Source: Mytilus trossulus (Eukaryota). From it: DNA of 64,000 nucleotides. A model generated the notes under the pieces. The model did not search any database and was not told where the DNA came from. It saw nothing but the letters and a program-made list of their open reading frames with translations. The number at the start of each line of letters is the position of its first letter. The stretch's first letter is position 1. The translations under genes were made by a program, and so were the position numbers. Positions 49,263 to 61,382 of this stretch are shown here, in pieces. The stretch is taken from contig NC_086376.1 of NCBI RefSeq assembly GCF_036588685.1, forward strand, positions 80,269,630 to 80,333,629, given 5' to 3'.

Positions 49263-50732
49263 TATATTCAAATTGGTTTTAAGGATTATGTACTTGCTTG
49301 TGTTGATTCAATGGCCTTTATGCTAAACATATACTGGCACTTGTCTCACATAAATATCTATATACTTTAATATAACACCCTTGTGGTATATTTAGGTATA
49401 TAACTTAGTTAGGAGTAATTTTATAGAAAATCCACAGCATTTCCCCTTGTACTCTATTACTATTTGGCGATTCGGTGCTTGATAGATAGAGGATTTTGCA
49501 TGCATTGCTAGTAAAGGTATCATTAAAAAAACCAAAATAAGAACTTAAACAAATATAAATATGGAGCAAATTAAGTTCATTTTCTAGGGTGCACTCGATT
49601 TAAGTTACATGTATTTTGCGATTTTCAAGGTTTTTTTTGTTTCATTTTTTTAAAAGTCATATGAAACCACAAATTAAAAAAAATGAATCATATGGGTTTT
49701 TTTTATAAAAAAATGGATAGTTTCCATTATTAAACTTCTGTACATACACTTTTTTTATGAAGAAAATTCTTTTCATGATTTGTTCACATTCAGAAGAAGT
49801 TTACCGCTTTTCAGTTGTTAATTGCTTGCTTCCATGCAAGAAGCAATTTGCCGGACTTATTTTCCGTTTTCAAAGTGACCTTAGCGTAACCCTCCTCGTA
49901 AAAATCCGGTGATTGCAAAACACATGGATCTGTCACTGAAATAAGCTTTTATCAAATTGTACATGTTAAACACGTTCTCAATATCCATGCTTTTTGTTGG
50001 TTGTTGACTAACGGGCGACAATCGTTAAACTTCGGCTTCAAAACACACCACATCTTCCTATATCTAAGAACTATAATTACTGCCATATTTTCACAACAAC
50101 ACTGACCGATTGAAATATCTTTTAACGATTATACGAAATTTTTTCGAAAAATAATGATCATTTGTAAAAGCTTGTAACATAAGAACAAACTATCAATCTC
50201 AGTTAAAATAAAGGTTACCTCATCAGATCGATACAAAACTCACAAATACCAAGTAATCAAAAGAAATAATTAAACCAAAGTACACATTTTTGAGAGTGCT
50301 CGCATTTTCTGCAGATCAAACTAGTTGGGATATATTATATCACCATAAGATGAGGCCAAATGAACATCACCATCCAATAAGATAAAAATTAACAACGAGG
50401 AAACGAAAAATCAGTGTCCTTTTTGTCGCCAAGTTATTTTTATGAAATGGATTTTCACACTGTGTTGAAAACTCATTGGTGGCCACCATATATTTTCTGC
50501 CCTTTAAGTCTTTTTGAAACATTCCCCATTTACATTTTCAATTTTACTATAGTTCTAATCGCGGGCATCCTTTAAGGTAGGTTCATGGTATACCGCCAAC
50601 TTGGTTTGTATAATCGCAGTACAAAATCGGTTTAGTTCTTTGTTCAAATCTGCAAATTTGGAGACATATTTACAATCTATTGTTTAGACTATTTATTCAT
50701 TTATTTAAAGAAAAACTACTTTCAATCATGCA

Positions 50733-51227
50733 GTTTAATTGAAGTCTGGAGCTGGCTTGTCAGTTAACTGCTAGTAGTCTGTTGTTATTTATGTATTATT
50801 GTCATTTTGTTTATATTTCTTTGGTTACATCTTCTGACATCAGACTCGGACTTCTCTTGAATTGAATTCTAAATGTGCGTATGTTATGCATTTTACTTTT
50901 CTACATTAGCTAGAGGTATAGGGAAGGGTTGAGATAGATCTCATAAACATGTTTAACCCCGCCGCATTTTTGTGCCTGTCCCAAGTCAGGAGCCTCTAGC
51001 CTTTGTTAGTCTTGTATTTTTTTAATTTTAAGTTTCTTGTGTACAATTTGGAAATTAGTATGGCGTTCATTATCACTCAACTAGTATATATTTGTTTAGG
51101 GGCCAGCTGAAGGGTGCGGGAATTTCTCGTTACATTGAAGACCTGTTGGTGACCTTCTGCTGTTGTTTTTTCTATGGTCGGGTTGTTGTCTCTTTGACAC
51201 ATTCCCCATTTCCATTCTTAATTTTAT
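50733..51227 (-). repeat. Inverted copy of the 19327 repeat
   Basis: Reverse complement of about 19327-19828. Confidence 0.8.
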
Positions 51228-54200
51228 TAGTGATGTATTGCATTATCCAAATGTTTAAACAAATACCAAGTATTTCTGTTTTTTAAATCAATTTTTCAAT
51301 AAGTCACGCCTTATCCTTCAAAATTCAACTAATTCGTTCCTATCTAGTATAACAGATAATTTACGATATTTGTATGTGATTTTTAACACGTAGAATAATC
51401 GCTGATTTCGGGGAAAAACAAACTGAAAGTAATCGGGAACTAATCTTTAAATGTGCGGGAATTTTTAATTGCCGTCCAGCCGATTACTTTTATGAGTTAT
51501 CTATAAGTAATTAAGTAACTCAGAGGCGGATTAGGGGGGGGGGGCAGGTTGCATAGGCGAATTTAGGGGGTCCAGAGGGTCCGCCGCCTTTTTTTGGGAA
51601 AAAATTGGTTGCTTATATAGGGAATCACTGAAGCGTGACTATGGGAGCGGGCCCCCTCTTAGGCAGTCAGTGGGCCCCCACTTATGAAAATTTCTAGATC
51701 TGTCAGTGAGTTGCCTGGTACTCCTTTTTTGGAACAGATTGGTTAATTATATACACAATCACTGGAGCATGACTGGACCGTGCCCCTCCCAAACCCCATT
51801 ATTAACATTTCTGCCGGGGTTCGCCACTAAGATAAGCTGTGGACGTCGATCCATCCATGGACATCATATAAGGATATCCATGGTGACCTAGACAAACCGT
51901 TGAAAAGTTACGATACAGTTATATATCTTATTTTTTTCAATATTTCAAAAGATCCTTAATTTACTCCAAAAATAAAAGCCAGTTTGCGGAGCATATGATA
52001 TGCTCCGCAAACTGTGATATGCAATGAATATTACAGAAAATCTTATCATGTTGGACAGTTGTAAAATATCTTTTATTGAAAAGATTTGGAACATATTTTT
52101 CGTGGGAAATTATAAGAAGAATAGGTCCTCAATTTCCACGGGAAAAATTTAACCTATATAGAATAGTAAATTTGTTTTAAACTTTGAAGTTTTAGGCTTG
52201 AATGATTGTGTGTTACGACATATTATGTTTTTCAGATGAATTGTAAATCCTTTCATACTTTGATTGCAGAAATAAAAAAAAGAAGACCGCACCCACTTCA
52301 TATTAACTTTGGTGTGTATGTCGGACTTTTACAAAATAGAGTGTACATGCGTATCTCGTTAACATAGTATCACGCTAAATATTCAGTTCTGTAATATTTT
52401 TTACTGGACGTACAATTCTTATATTTATATCTGTTCAATAGTGGAAACTTTTAATAAAATAGATAGTACCGGAGTTGATTTTTCTGTGTAGTGATATTAA
52501 TAATACACGGTAATAAGTTATGCTGCATGGTAGTCTTGCAATTTCCGACGAAACCTTACAGCTTACACAAATAAGAAATTATTTCACAATTTAATGTAAG
52601 GTTATCATGGAAGTAATGCTCAGCGTCTTTTCGAACAATCGACATTAAGGCGAAGTGTACGTAATTAAAATACACAGTGGATTTTTTTTAAATGTCACAT
52701 ATGAATTTTGCTTGTAAAATTAAACTAGAAAATAAAATAAACTAGAGGCTCCAAAGAGCCTGTGTCGCTCACCTTGGTCTATGTGAATATTAAACAAAGG
52801 ACGCATTTGAATTCATGACAAAATTGTGTTTTGGTGATGGTGATGTGTTTGTACATTTTACTTTACTGAACATTCTTGCTGCTTACAATTATTTCTATCT
52901 ATATTGAACTTGGTCTAAAAGTTTCTGTCGAAAATGTTAGACAAATTTACAAATTTTATGAAAATTGTTAAGATTTGACTATAAAGGACAATAACTCCTT
53001 ATGGGGTCAACTGACCATTTTGGTCATGGTGACTTATTTTAAGGTCTTACTTTGCTGTACATAGTTGCTGTTTACAGTTTATCTCTATCTATAATAATAT
53101 TCAAGATAATAATCAAAAACGGCCAAATTTCCTTAATATGACTAATTCAAGGGCAGCAACCTTACAATGGGTTGTCCGATCCATCTGAAAATTTAATGGC
53201 AGATAGATCTTTACATGATAAACAAATTTACTCCCTGTCAGATTTTCTCTAAATGCTTTGGTTTTTGAGTTATAAGCCAAAAACTGCATTTTACCCGTAT
53301 GTTCTATGTAGCTAAAAAGGGGTATTCGTTTTCGTTTTTGTGATACGAGCCTTTAAAATCAACAGCATGACACTCCAAAAATACAAAGGATATACAGGGA
53401 AAATCATCAAAATTAGCAGATATTTTTACATTATCAAGATTTTCTATTGTTGGTCAATACTTTTTTTCAAAAATGAAAGACGAATCCATCGGTGCAAAGA
53501 AAGTCCTTAGCAAAAGTGCTAGTTTTTACGCTACTCGATCCTTGTTGAATTTAGTTGGTTTTTTTGCTGTCATATGGAGAACGTGTTTCAAGAATTTAAA
53601 AAAAAACTTTTTCTTAAAAATAAGATAACCCATAACTTTTCTTTTCTTTAAACAATATATAAAGAAAATTCATGATTTATTGACATGTGTTTTTAAATCT
53701 CGTTTTGTTTCTTATTTGTGGAATATTCATAGCAGTCCAAATAATATTTTTTTTCAGTTTTTATTTTTTAAATTTATTTTCAGCTCCTTACACTATAAAA
53801 TCGAGGTCTTTTTATTTAAAGATACAACGCCTTTGAATCAGAAATATATTTTCTATTATGTATCATATCAAGACGTTTAGTCGTTACTTTTCAGGGTTCA
53901 TGGTTCTGTTTTATAGTTAATTCTCCACCAGATGGCCAAAGTGTGTATGGTTGTTTAAATTCAATGTGTGTCCTTTTTAATCTATTGATATTGACAAAGA
54001 TTCGCTTTTTAAAATGATCATTTCATGCTTGGAAAACCACAATGATGACCCCAAACTTAAACAAAGATTGAAATACGGCTTATGATTTAGAAAAGCAGGC
54101 TCCAAATATCATGCTATTCGCTACTCCTGACCTAAATCTATTTGTTTTGTACTGTTCCGACATTGAGGCCTATTTATACGTTATCAGGCCTCAAATCTGA

Positions 54201-54791
54201 ATTAATCAATGCTAACCTTACATTATTTATCCCCCAAGAAAGGATGACCTGTATTTTGTTTTCTAGATTATAACAATGACATACTTTTAAATTTTCCAAT
54301 GAACGTAAACTACATTTGCAATCAGGGGGTGATTCAGGCGGGGCATGCATGCCTCCCCCTAAAATTTACAAAACATGGGTTGTCCTCAGCTTAATAGATA
54401 AGTGCGATCATTTTACTGTGGCGTGGTCAACCACATCAAAGAGTTGATGGTCAATTCTTAAAATGTTTAATCTAAATTAAGAACAGCTGCTTATAGACGA
54501 GAACTTCATGTATCGGTCAGTTATATTGGAGTAGTAGCTTGAAGTAACAAGTAACTAGTTGCATTATAGATTAGAATGAAGTAACATGTAATTTTGTATT
54601 GGAATTTATAACTGTGAATAGTATTTATACATGTACTGTTACAAGTCGTTATACAATCACATGCAGTTCTAACAGTGACTTTATGGTGAAAATATGCGAG
54701 TGCTAGTTCCCTATATAACGGGCAATGCGATGGAGTAAGATCCCACATACGTGCAGATTCCGAAAAAATGAGCAGTCCTAAAACAACAACA

Positions 54792-54819
54792 ACACACACA
54801 CACACACACACACACACAC
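54792..54819. repeat. (CA)n microsatellite
   Basis: Run of ac dinucleotides after an aac tract. Confidence 0.9.
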
Positions 54820-55856
54820 CGTTATACCGATAATTTAATTTTGTGCCCCTAACCTAAAATCCTGAACCCGTCTAACACTACTGACACTTTTGTAATGCAC
54901 GACATGTAATGACCTAAAACAATGAGAAGTATTGACAAATCAAACACGCCTAATATAAGTTTTGCAAATAAAATAGGTTCCTTTAGTCTGATTAAATCCA
55001 GGCCCACTGTCCACTTGAGTTTTTGGATAGTGAGACTGGTTTTAATCAGACTGAGGTTCATTGTATTTTAATAACATAAAACATATTTGTATCCACTAAC
55101 CATTCATCTATTCTTCTTTTGTTTTAAGTGAGGGTGAAGTCATAGGACACACATTTGTTCTCGACTCTTATATAAAACGAACTTACTTTCCCATCTAAAA
55201 CCATAGGCGAATCCAGCAATTTCCGCTTTTGTGGAAATTTTTTTAGTTGGTTATATAGGGAATCACTGCAGCTTGACTGGAGCTGATCCCCTCTTTAATA
55301 GGGAAGCAACGCAAAACATTCCTGGATCCGTGACTGAAAACAAGAGCAAGAATCAATACAATATTTTTACGAATGATTGCTTTATATGTTTATACCGATA
55401 ATTAAAAAGGCTCCGTGTTGAAGGCCGTACTTTAACCTATAATGGTTTACTTTTTAAATTGTGATTTGGCATGATGGAAAGTTGTCTCATTGGCACTCAC
55501 ACCACATCTTCTTATATCTATAATATCCTTTTTTATTGGCGCTCTGTTGGATATACCATTTTTTTTAAATTTAATGAAGAGAGATTGAGCGCTCACAAAC
55601 ATATTAAACCATATTAAACCAATGCCAAATAATTTATAGCAAGTCTGTATGGTTGCTTGCTGTTCAATTGTTACATCTGTTTTCCGTTTTGTAATTGATC
55701 AACTATCTCCCCTTTTTAAATATGTTTTACATTTTGTTATGTTTCCTCATTGCTAAATGCCGCCGTTTAGTGGCCGTTGTAATTGCTTTTTGTAACTATA
55801 TAGGATAGTATATTGACATTTCATACAACATTAGGAAAGAAGTAGGCGGTGATTAT

Positions 55857-56012
55857 ATAGACAATAATAGTGCATTGACTTGACATATCAACGCTATAAG
55901 GATGAGGCTTAGAAACGGGGAAATGCGAGGCTGTGCCGAGCTATATATCCCCGTTTCGGGCCGAATCCTTATATCGTTGATATGTCAAGTCAATGAACTA
56001 TTATTGTCTTTA
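55857..56012. repeat. ~155-bp hairpin, probably the end of a non-autonomous DNA element extending to about 56500
   Basis: agacaataatagtgcattgacttgacatatcaacgctataaggat...aaacgggga pairs with tccccgttt...atccttatatcgttgatatgtcaagtcaatgaactattattgtct. Confidence 0.75.
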
Positions 56013-56929
56013 TACTGCAATCTAAAAAACATTTTCAATTGCGTTAAGGTCATTTATTTAATCTAAATATTGGGGAAAATCACCTTTAACAAGGCCTTAT
56101 ATCATGCTCGTGGAGAAATATACATCACAATGAAATGTACATTTACCTGTTGAAAACCACACTCGATGGTGAACGAAATCGTTTGCGTATGGACTAAAAT
56201 ATCAAACATAAGCATAAAACATAATGATTTATAGGTTGCAAAAAAAACAAAACATAAACAAATGAAATATGTTTTTCATATAACTGCAAAAGAAATAAGG
56301 TAGAGTCGTTCCACGCATCGTTGTATGCATTGGAAACAAGAACAGGTTTAAGAGGTCATATGAATATTATAATTGAATATTATATCGACAACTTCTATTT
56401 AAATATTCAAGAGAAAAAGTGATATCGGACCCGTGAGTGACTGTATATGACATAGATATATACAGTCAACGCATTTTGACTGCTCAAATAGAACGAGTGC
56501 AGCCAAGCTATGTTATTTTCACTGTAAAGATTTGTTTTGATTCCTATACTTAATTAGATAGGTCTTAAAAGCATACCTTTTTTTACAAGTAAATGTATCA
56601 CTCACAACAGTTGAGTATCACTGAGGCCCAAAATCCTGAAAGTTAGGCGCGCCTGTCAAGACATTTTATCGTCATGCACCAAAAATTACCGTCATTGACT
56701 CAACGTCATTTGGCAAGAAATTTTACCTTTATTCGTCATGAAGGTACACCCATTACCACCATCATTTTAAAGTATATACTATTGACGTGGACCTGGACTA
56801 CAGACGGACTGGTTTTGTCTATAATTGTTTAAAAGCATATAATTGAGAAATAAAATGGGGAATGTGCCAAACAACCCGACCGAAGAGCAGAAAACTCAAC
56901 ATCGATAGAATCCTGTTTGTTTTTGTTTG

Positions 56930-57133
56930 GATTCACCGTACGCATTTCCCTATCCACGGTTCATTAGGCCGCTATCCATTTATTGGTTAATGTATTTGGC
57001 GGGTAAATTCTGTCAAGGCCGGAAGTCATGATCTGTTTCCTATAAACACTGGAACTGCAAGAAAATCTAAAACACCAATTTACGATTTAATAACTTGACT
57101 TTGTGGTTGGAAATTCGTTATATTATCAGTCAG
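56930..57133 (+). promoter_or_regulatory. Candidate promoter and non-coding first exon of an unidentified + strand transcript
   Basis: CpG-enriched patch with attgg boxes, CCGGAAGT (ETS) at 57019-57026 and a donor-like CAG|GTCAGT at 57133. Confidence 0.35.
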
Positions 57134-58059
57134 GTCAGTCTTATTCTTTCTCTAATGACACAAAATTCCCCTGTTACTGTGTAATTTAATGTTAACCCGA
57201 TATTATGAATGTTTGGCTTGAATGACGAGAACACGTAAAAATTTGAATGATATACCTCCTCTTTATGGCTAGATTATGTTTATTTTTACCAATCCAGATA
57301 TTCATCTCAAGTCATAACTCCTGCCAATGAAAGTTAAATAATAAAATATGCGAAAATTAAAGTTGACATGTTTAAATGAGCTATTATATGGGAATCGAGT
57401 AGACCGCTTTACATGTGAATGCAGATTTTAAATTTTAAAGTGTATTTGAATCGATAAGTGTAAATAATTATAAGAAATAAAATCACTTCACTCTGTTTGT
57501 TTGTAGAATAATTATTTTTATAATCAACTGAACAATACAAATTGCAATTCATACTACCTATTAAAATAAAGACCAGCAAATTTTTATACAAACAATTCTA
57601 ATATGACGTGCTTCTTTAGCTTTGTAAAGAAACCATACTTTATTATCCAATAAAATAAGTTTGCACATGCGTATATTGACTACGGCAGAAAAATGAATTT
57701 CGTCAAATTGATATGCATTTAATGTATTTCCTTAAATTAAACCACTTTCAAACACTAAAATGATACACATTTTGTTACTTAAGTTATACTTTTAAAATGA
57801 CAACAATGTGTTACAATTCATAATTGACATATTTGACCTAGATACCGCATCGTTCATGTTGGCTGTTCTAACTTCAAAACCCCTCCCTCTGAAAAACACG
57901 TTTCATCTCTCCTTTTAAAAAGGCATGTCATTGTATAGAATAATTTCATTGAAATATTTGTTCCGACGATAAAATATAAAATATAAAATAAAGTATAGGT
58001 TATTATTACTGTTGTACTGAATGACAAAATTGTTTCATATATTTCTAATAAAATGAATT

Positions 58060-58132
58060 GACCCTAGTAGGGAATCGAACCCCATTCTCCTATAAAAAAA
58101 AATAGGCGTAATTACCAATATACCACCAAGGT
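58060..58132 (-). tRNA. tRNA-like cloverleaf (Asp/Gly/Glu-type scaffold) with an 8-U anticodon loop; pseudo-tRNA or tRNA-like element
   Basis: ACCTTGG-TG-GTATATTGGTAATTAC-G-CCTAT-T8-ATAGG-AGAA-TGGGG-TTCGATT-CCCTA-CTAGGGT-C. It has a 7-bp acceptor stem, a D arm with GG, a 5-bp anticodon stem, a 5-bp T stem and a canonical T loop. No amino acid identity can be assigned. Confidence 0.7.
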
Positions 58133-59149
58133 TTCCAATCCATTTTACAAATGCAACAAGATTGTCACCCAGTATTTATTTTAATCATCATGTAATACAG
58201 CATTTGAAATCGTCAGATGCACAAAGGCGTACCCTTTGATCAACTTTACAAGGTGTAGCCACCGCAAGTATAAATGGATCTCTGTCAAAGGGCCCCTCCT
58301 TCCAAGTCTCAAATGTCAGCACAACTTTATCAAGGAATCCTCTATCAAATATAAACATATTTACCAATGCTACACTATTAACCGGCGAAATATTTACGAT
58401 TAATTTAGTAAAATAAAGACCTACCCGATTCTCCTTGTGCGTCCACCGCCATTGACAACTGACTTGAAAATGTGCATGTCAGAAATTGACCTCAAAGGAA
58501 AAGACTGTTGTAATATAACTTTTCTGTTATATTGTGACTCAAATATTCTTTTAGTTAGGCTGATAAATTAATTTGTTAATTTCTGTTTCAATTTTGAATT
58601 TTAGAAACCTACAACTTTGCGAAATTTTAACTGGTTTGAACTAGTTGGATAAAAATAGACAGCGAGGTTGATGGAAGAGCCTACACGAAGATCGTGAGCC
58701 TACTCGCTATCGCTCTGGCAAAAATAATCACGAATATAATGCCTACCCATGTTAAAACTACAATAAAGTATAGCTGGCATCAATTATTTCTTAAACATTC
58801 TGTGAGTATTGCATGGTTCATTAGAATGATCAATGCATTTGAATGGGGACATATAGTTGTACCCCCCCTTTTTTGTCCTTGGTTGGGACCACCTCCTTTT
58901 TAAAATGGCTGGATACACCCTTGTTATTTATACATCCATCTGGTGTTATATGGTCAAAACATGTCCAAGAATTTTGTAAAATTCCTTGACTTGTATGTTT
59001 TGACCCCTCTATTAGAAAGTTGACTGTTCCAAATATAACAAATTTTTCTCCTATTAAAATCATGGTATGCTGTTTTCCGCCTGTCCAGACATACCCAAAG
59101 CACTTAAACCAATTTTAATGAACTTTGAATTGTTCACATCTTTGATACT

Positions 59150-59376
59150 CATGTTCACAGACAAGTCCTTAAACAATGAGAAAGGGTTTAAAAAATTGAG
59201 GACAGAAGAAGCATAAGAAAGTGGAAGATGTGAAGAAACAAAGGCAATGTTAGTACAATTAAATGATTTTGCTGCTGGCGTTTCCTCAAAGTAGCTGGTT
59301 AGCTCCAAATGAGACGTCAGTCGTGGGTGTTGCTAAACATGCTAAAGACTTGGAAGAAATAAAGGCAATGTAAGTA
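59150..59376. repeat. Diverged partial monomer related to the 602-bp array
   Basis: acagacaagtccttaaacaatgagaaa...gacagaagaagca...ggcaatgttagt...gattttgctgctggcgtttcctcaaagtagctggttagctccaaatgagacgtcagtcgtgggtgttg aligns by eye to the array unit. Confidence 0.8.
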
Positions 59377-61382
59377 AACTGATTTAATAGAGATATGTTT
59401 GGTTGGCTTTTTTTATAAGTTTTATGTAAGGGACGACATCAAAAGTTCAATGTAGGATAAAAAACTTAATTCAGATAGTTTTTTTAATGACCCAAATGGG
59501 TTTGGTTTGCAAAATGAGGACATATTTGCAGTGTTTTATTTCAAATTTAAAATCAATATAGAGCAAATATATTGGATTATTTTCTTCAGTTTTTGGTATA
59601 TATTAAATGCATGGGGATAGATTGTAAAACAGCATAAACTTTTAATTAATTGACACTCATTTAAACAGCTTGAATAACATAAATTTTGCCCTTTTAATTT
59701 TCATAAAATTTTTCATTTGATATACAGCAGTTTGACAAAGACTTATTTTATATCATTGAGAAGCTTAATATTTTCTCAACTAAAGAGTGTGATTAAAAAA
59801 ACATTCAGCTGTTTTTTACAGAGTTATCTCCTTAGTGTTATGTAGGCGTCAGACCGCTAGATACTCCCTCAAATTTAGAACATATGTAAAAGAAGGCCTT
59901 CTCTAACACAAAATAGTGCTTTTGATGTCATTGTTTACATAATTTAACCAACAAATTTGCAGAAATGAAACTTTTGGTGGAAGAGAAATATATTTTAACC
60001 AATTCGAGCCAAAAATCACTTGTCTATCAGTTTACATTAAATTTCAGCATTAATGGGCTCCATAGTATACTAATTTAAGATTTCCAGAAAAAAACAGGGG
60101 TTATTTTTGGAGTACCTCTGTTTCTAAGGTCAGATGTACCACCTTAATAGTAGAATTTTATAACAAAATATTAATCTTAATTTGAAAACAATTTGCTATT
60201 GACAAAACAAATATCAAATGATCATTTCAGAAATACATTGTGTTTCAAGTGCAAAGTGTCTTCTAACAATTAACAATTAACATAGTTGTTTTCTGAGCTA
60301 GTTCTGATTGGTCAGGTTTTATTGTCTGTTTCTTGCTTACATTCTATATGGATAGTTCAGTGGTATCTCACTTTTCAGGATATGGTGTGTGTTATTCAGA
60401 GGGGTCTTTTTATGTAATTTTGAAATGATATACATTTGATATTTGATATTAATTGAGATTGAAAAGACCAAATATTATAGTGCATTAAGGTGGTACCTTA
60501 CACTACAGGGAGATAACTCTGTAAAATCAGCTAAATGTTTTTATGACGTTGTGGTGTTAGGGAATATTAAGCTTCTCAATGATCAAAATTAGTGTTTGTC
60601 AAACTGCTATATAACCAGTGTATTTTTTCTGATAAAAAGGTTGGTTCAATTTTTTTGAAATGTTTATATTTTTGTCAAAGGGTCAAAGTAAATATTTTGT
60701 TAAAACTTTATGAAAATTCAACAAGCCAAATTAATTTTCATAAAGGTGGTTTTAATTTTGTTTATAATTTTTGAAATAAAGTTGAAAAAACATTTTGAAT
60801 CAAAATCAATTTAACATTGTGAATGTTGAAAATGTTACAAAACCAATCTTTAAAATCAAATTTCCATGTTAAAGGCTTGTAATTGGCAATGTCACTAGTC
60901 CTTTCTTGTCATATTTGAATTAATTATATTTAAGGAAATTCATATTAAATGTCAAACCGTTTTGTTTGGTTAAAGGTTTTTTTATTGGTTTAGTCGTAGA
61001 ATTTGTAATAGATTCTACTCTTAAAGGGGCACTATCTATGAGAAATATAAAAAATCAAATATGTTATTTTTTTGGCTCAATCATTAATGAAAAGCAAATA
61101 GTGAAATAATAAATCACTGTAAACAGACAACATGATTCAATTTTCAAAATCAGCTTAATAACATTGATTATGAATTATTCACTTGCAAGTGAATAATGCA
61201 ACCTCACTGAATCCATATTCATGTGAACTTCAATTTGACATCTTAGCTGGATATGAATAGCACCTGAATTATATGTGTAAAGTTATTAAAAGGAAAAGAA
61301 TGTCAACATTGAAAGTGAAAAGAAGGTAAATCAATTTGATTGACTGATTTGATCCACAAAAAACATTCATTTCCTCTTAAGA

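Noticed and set aside
49586-50571. Possible TIR element upstream of IDE
   Set aside because: The terminal match is degenerate and no TSD is readable, so it is not supportable by eye.
58189-58470. Minus-strand open frame containing FIFDRGFLD and DPFILAVATP (transposase-like fragments), and a possible in-frame TGA in a spliced version
   Set aside because: The motif resemblance is too short to support a call, and I saw no SECIS or homology evidence for a selenoprotein.
58830-59308. Two abutting minus-strand ORFs with ATGA overlap (operon-like)
   Set aside because: No recognisable domain, one relies on a non-ATG start, and they partly overlap the array-related repeat. Probably chance.
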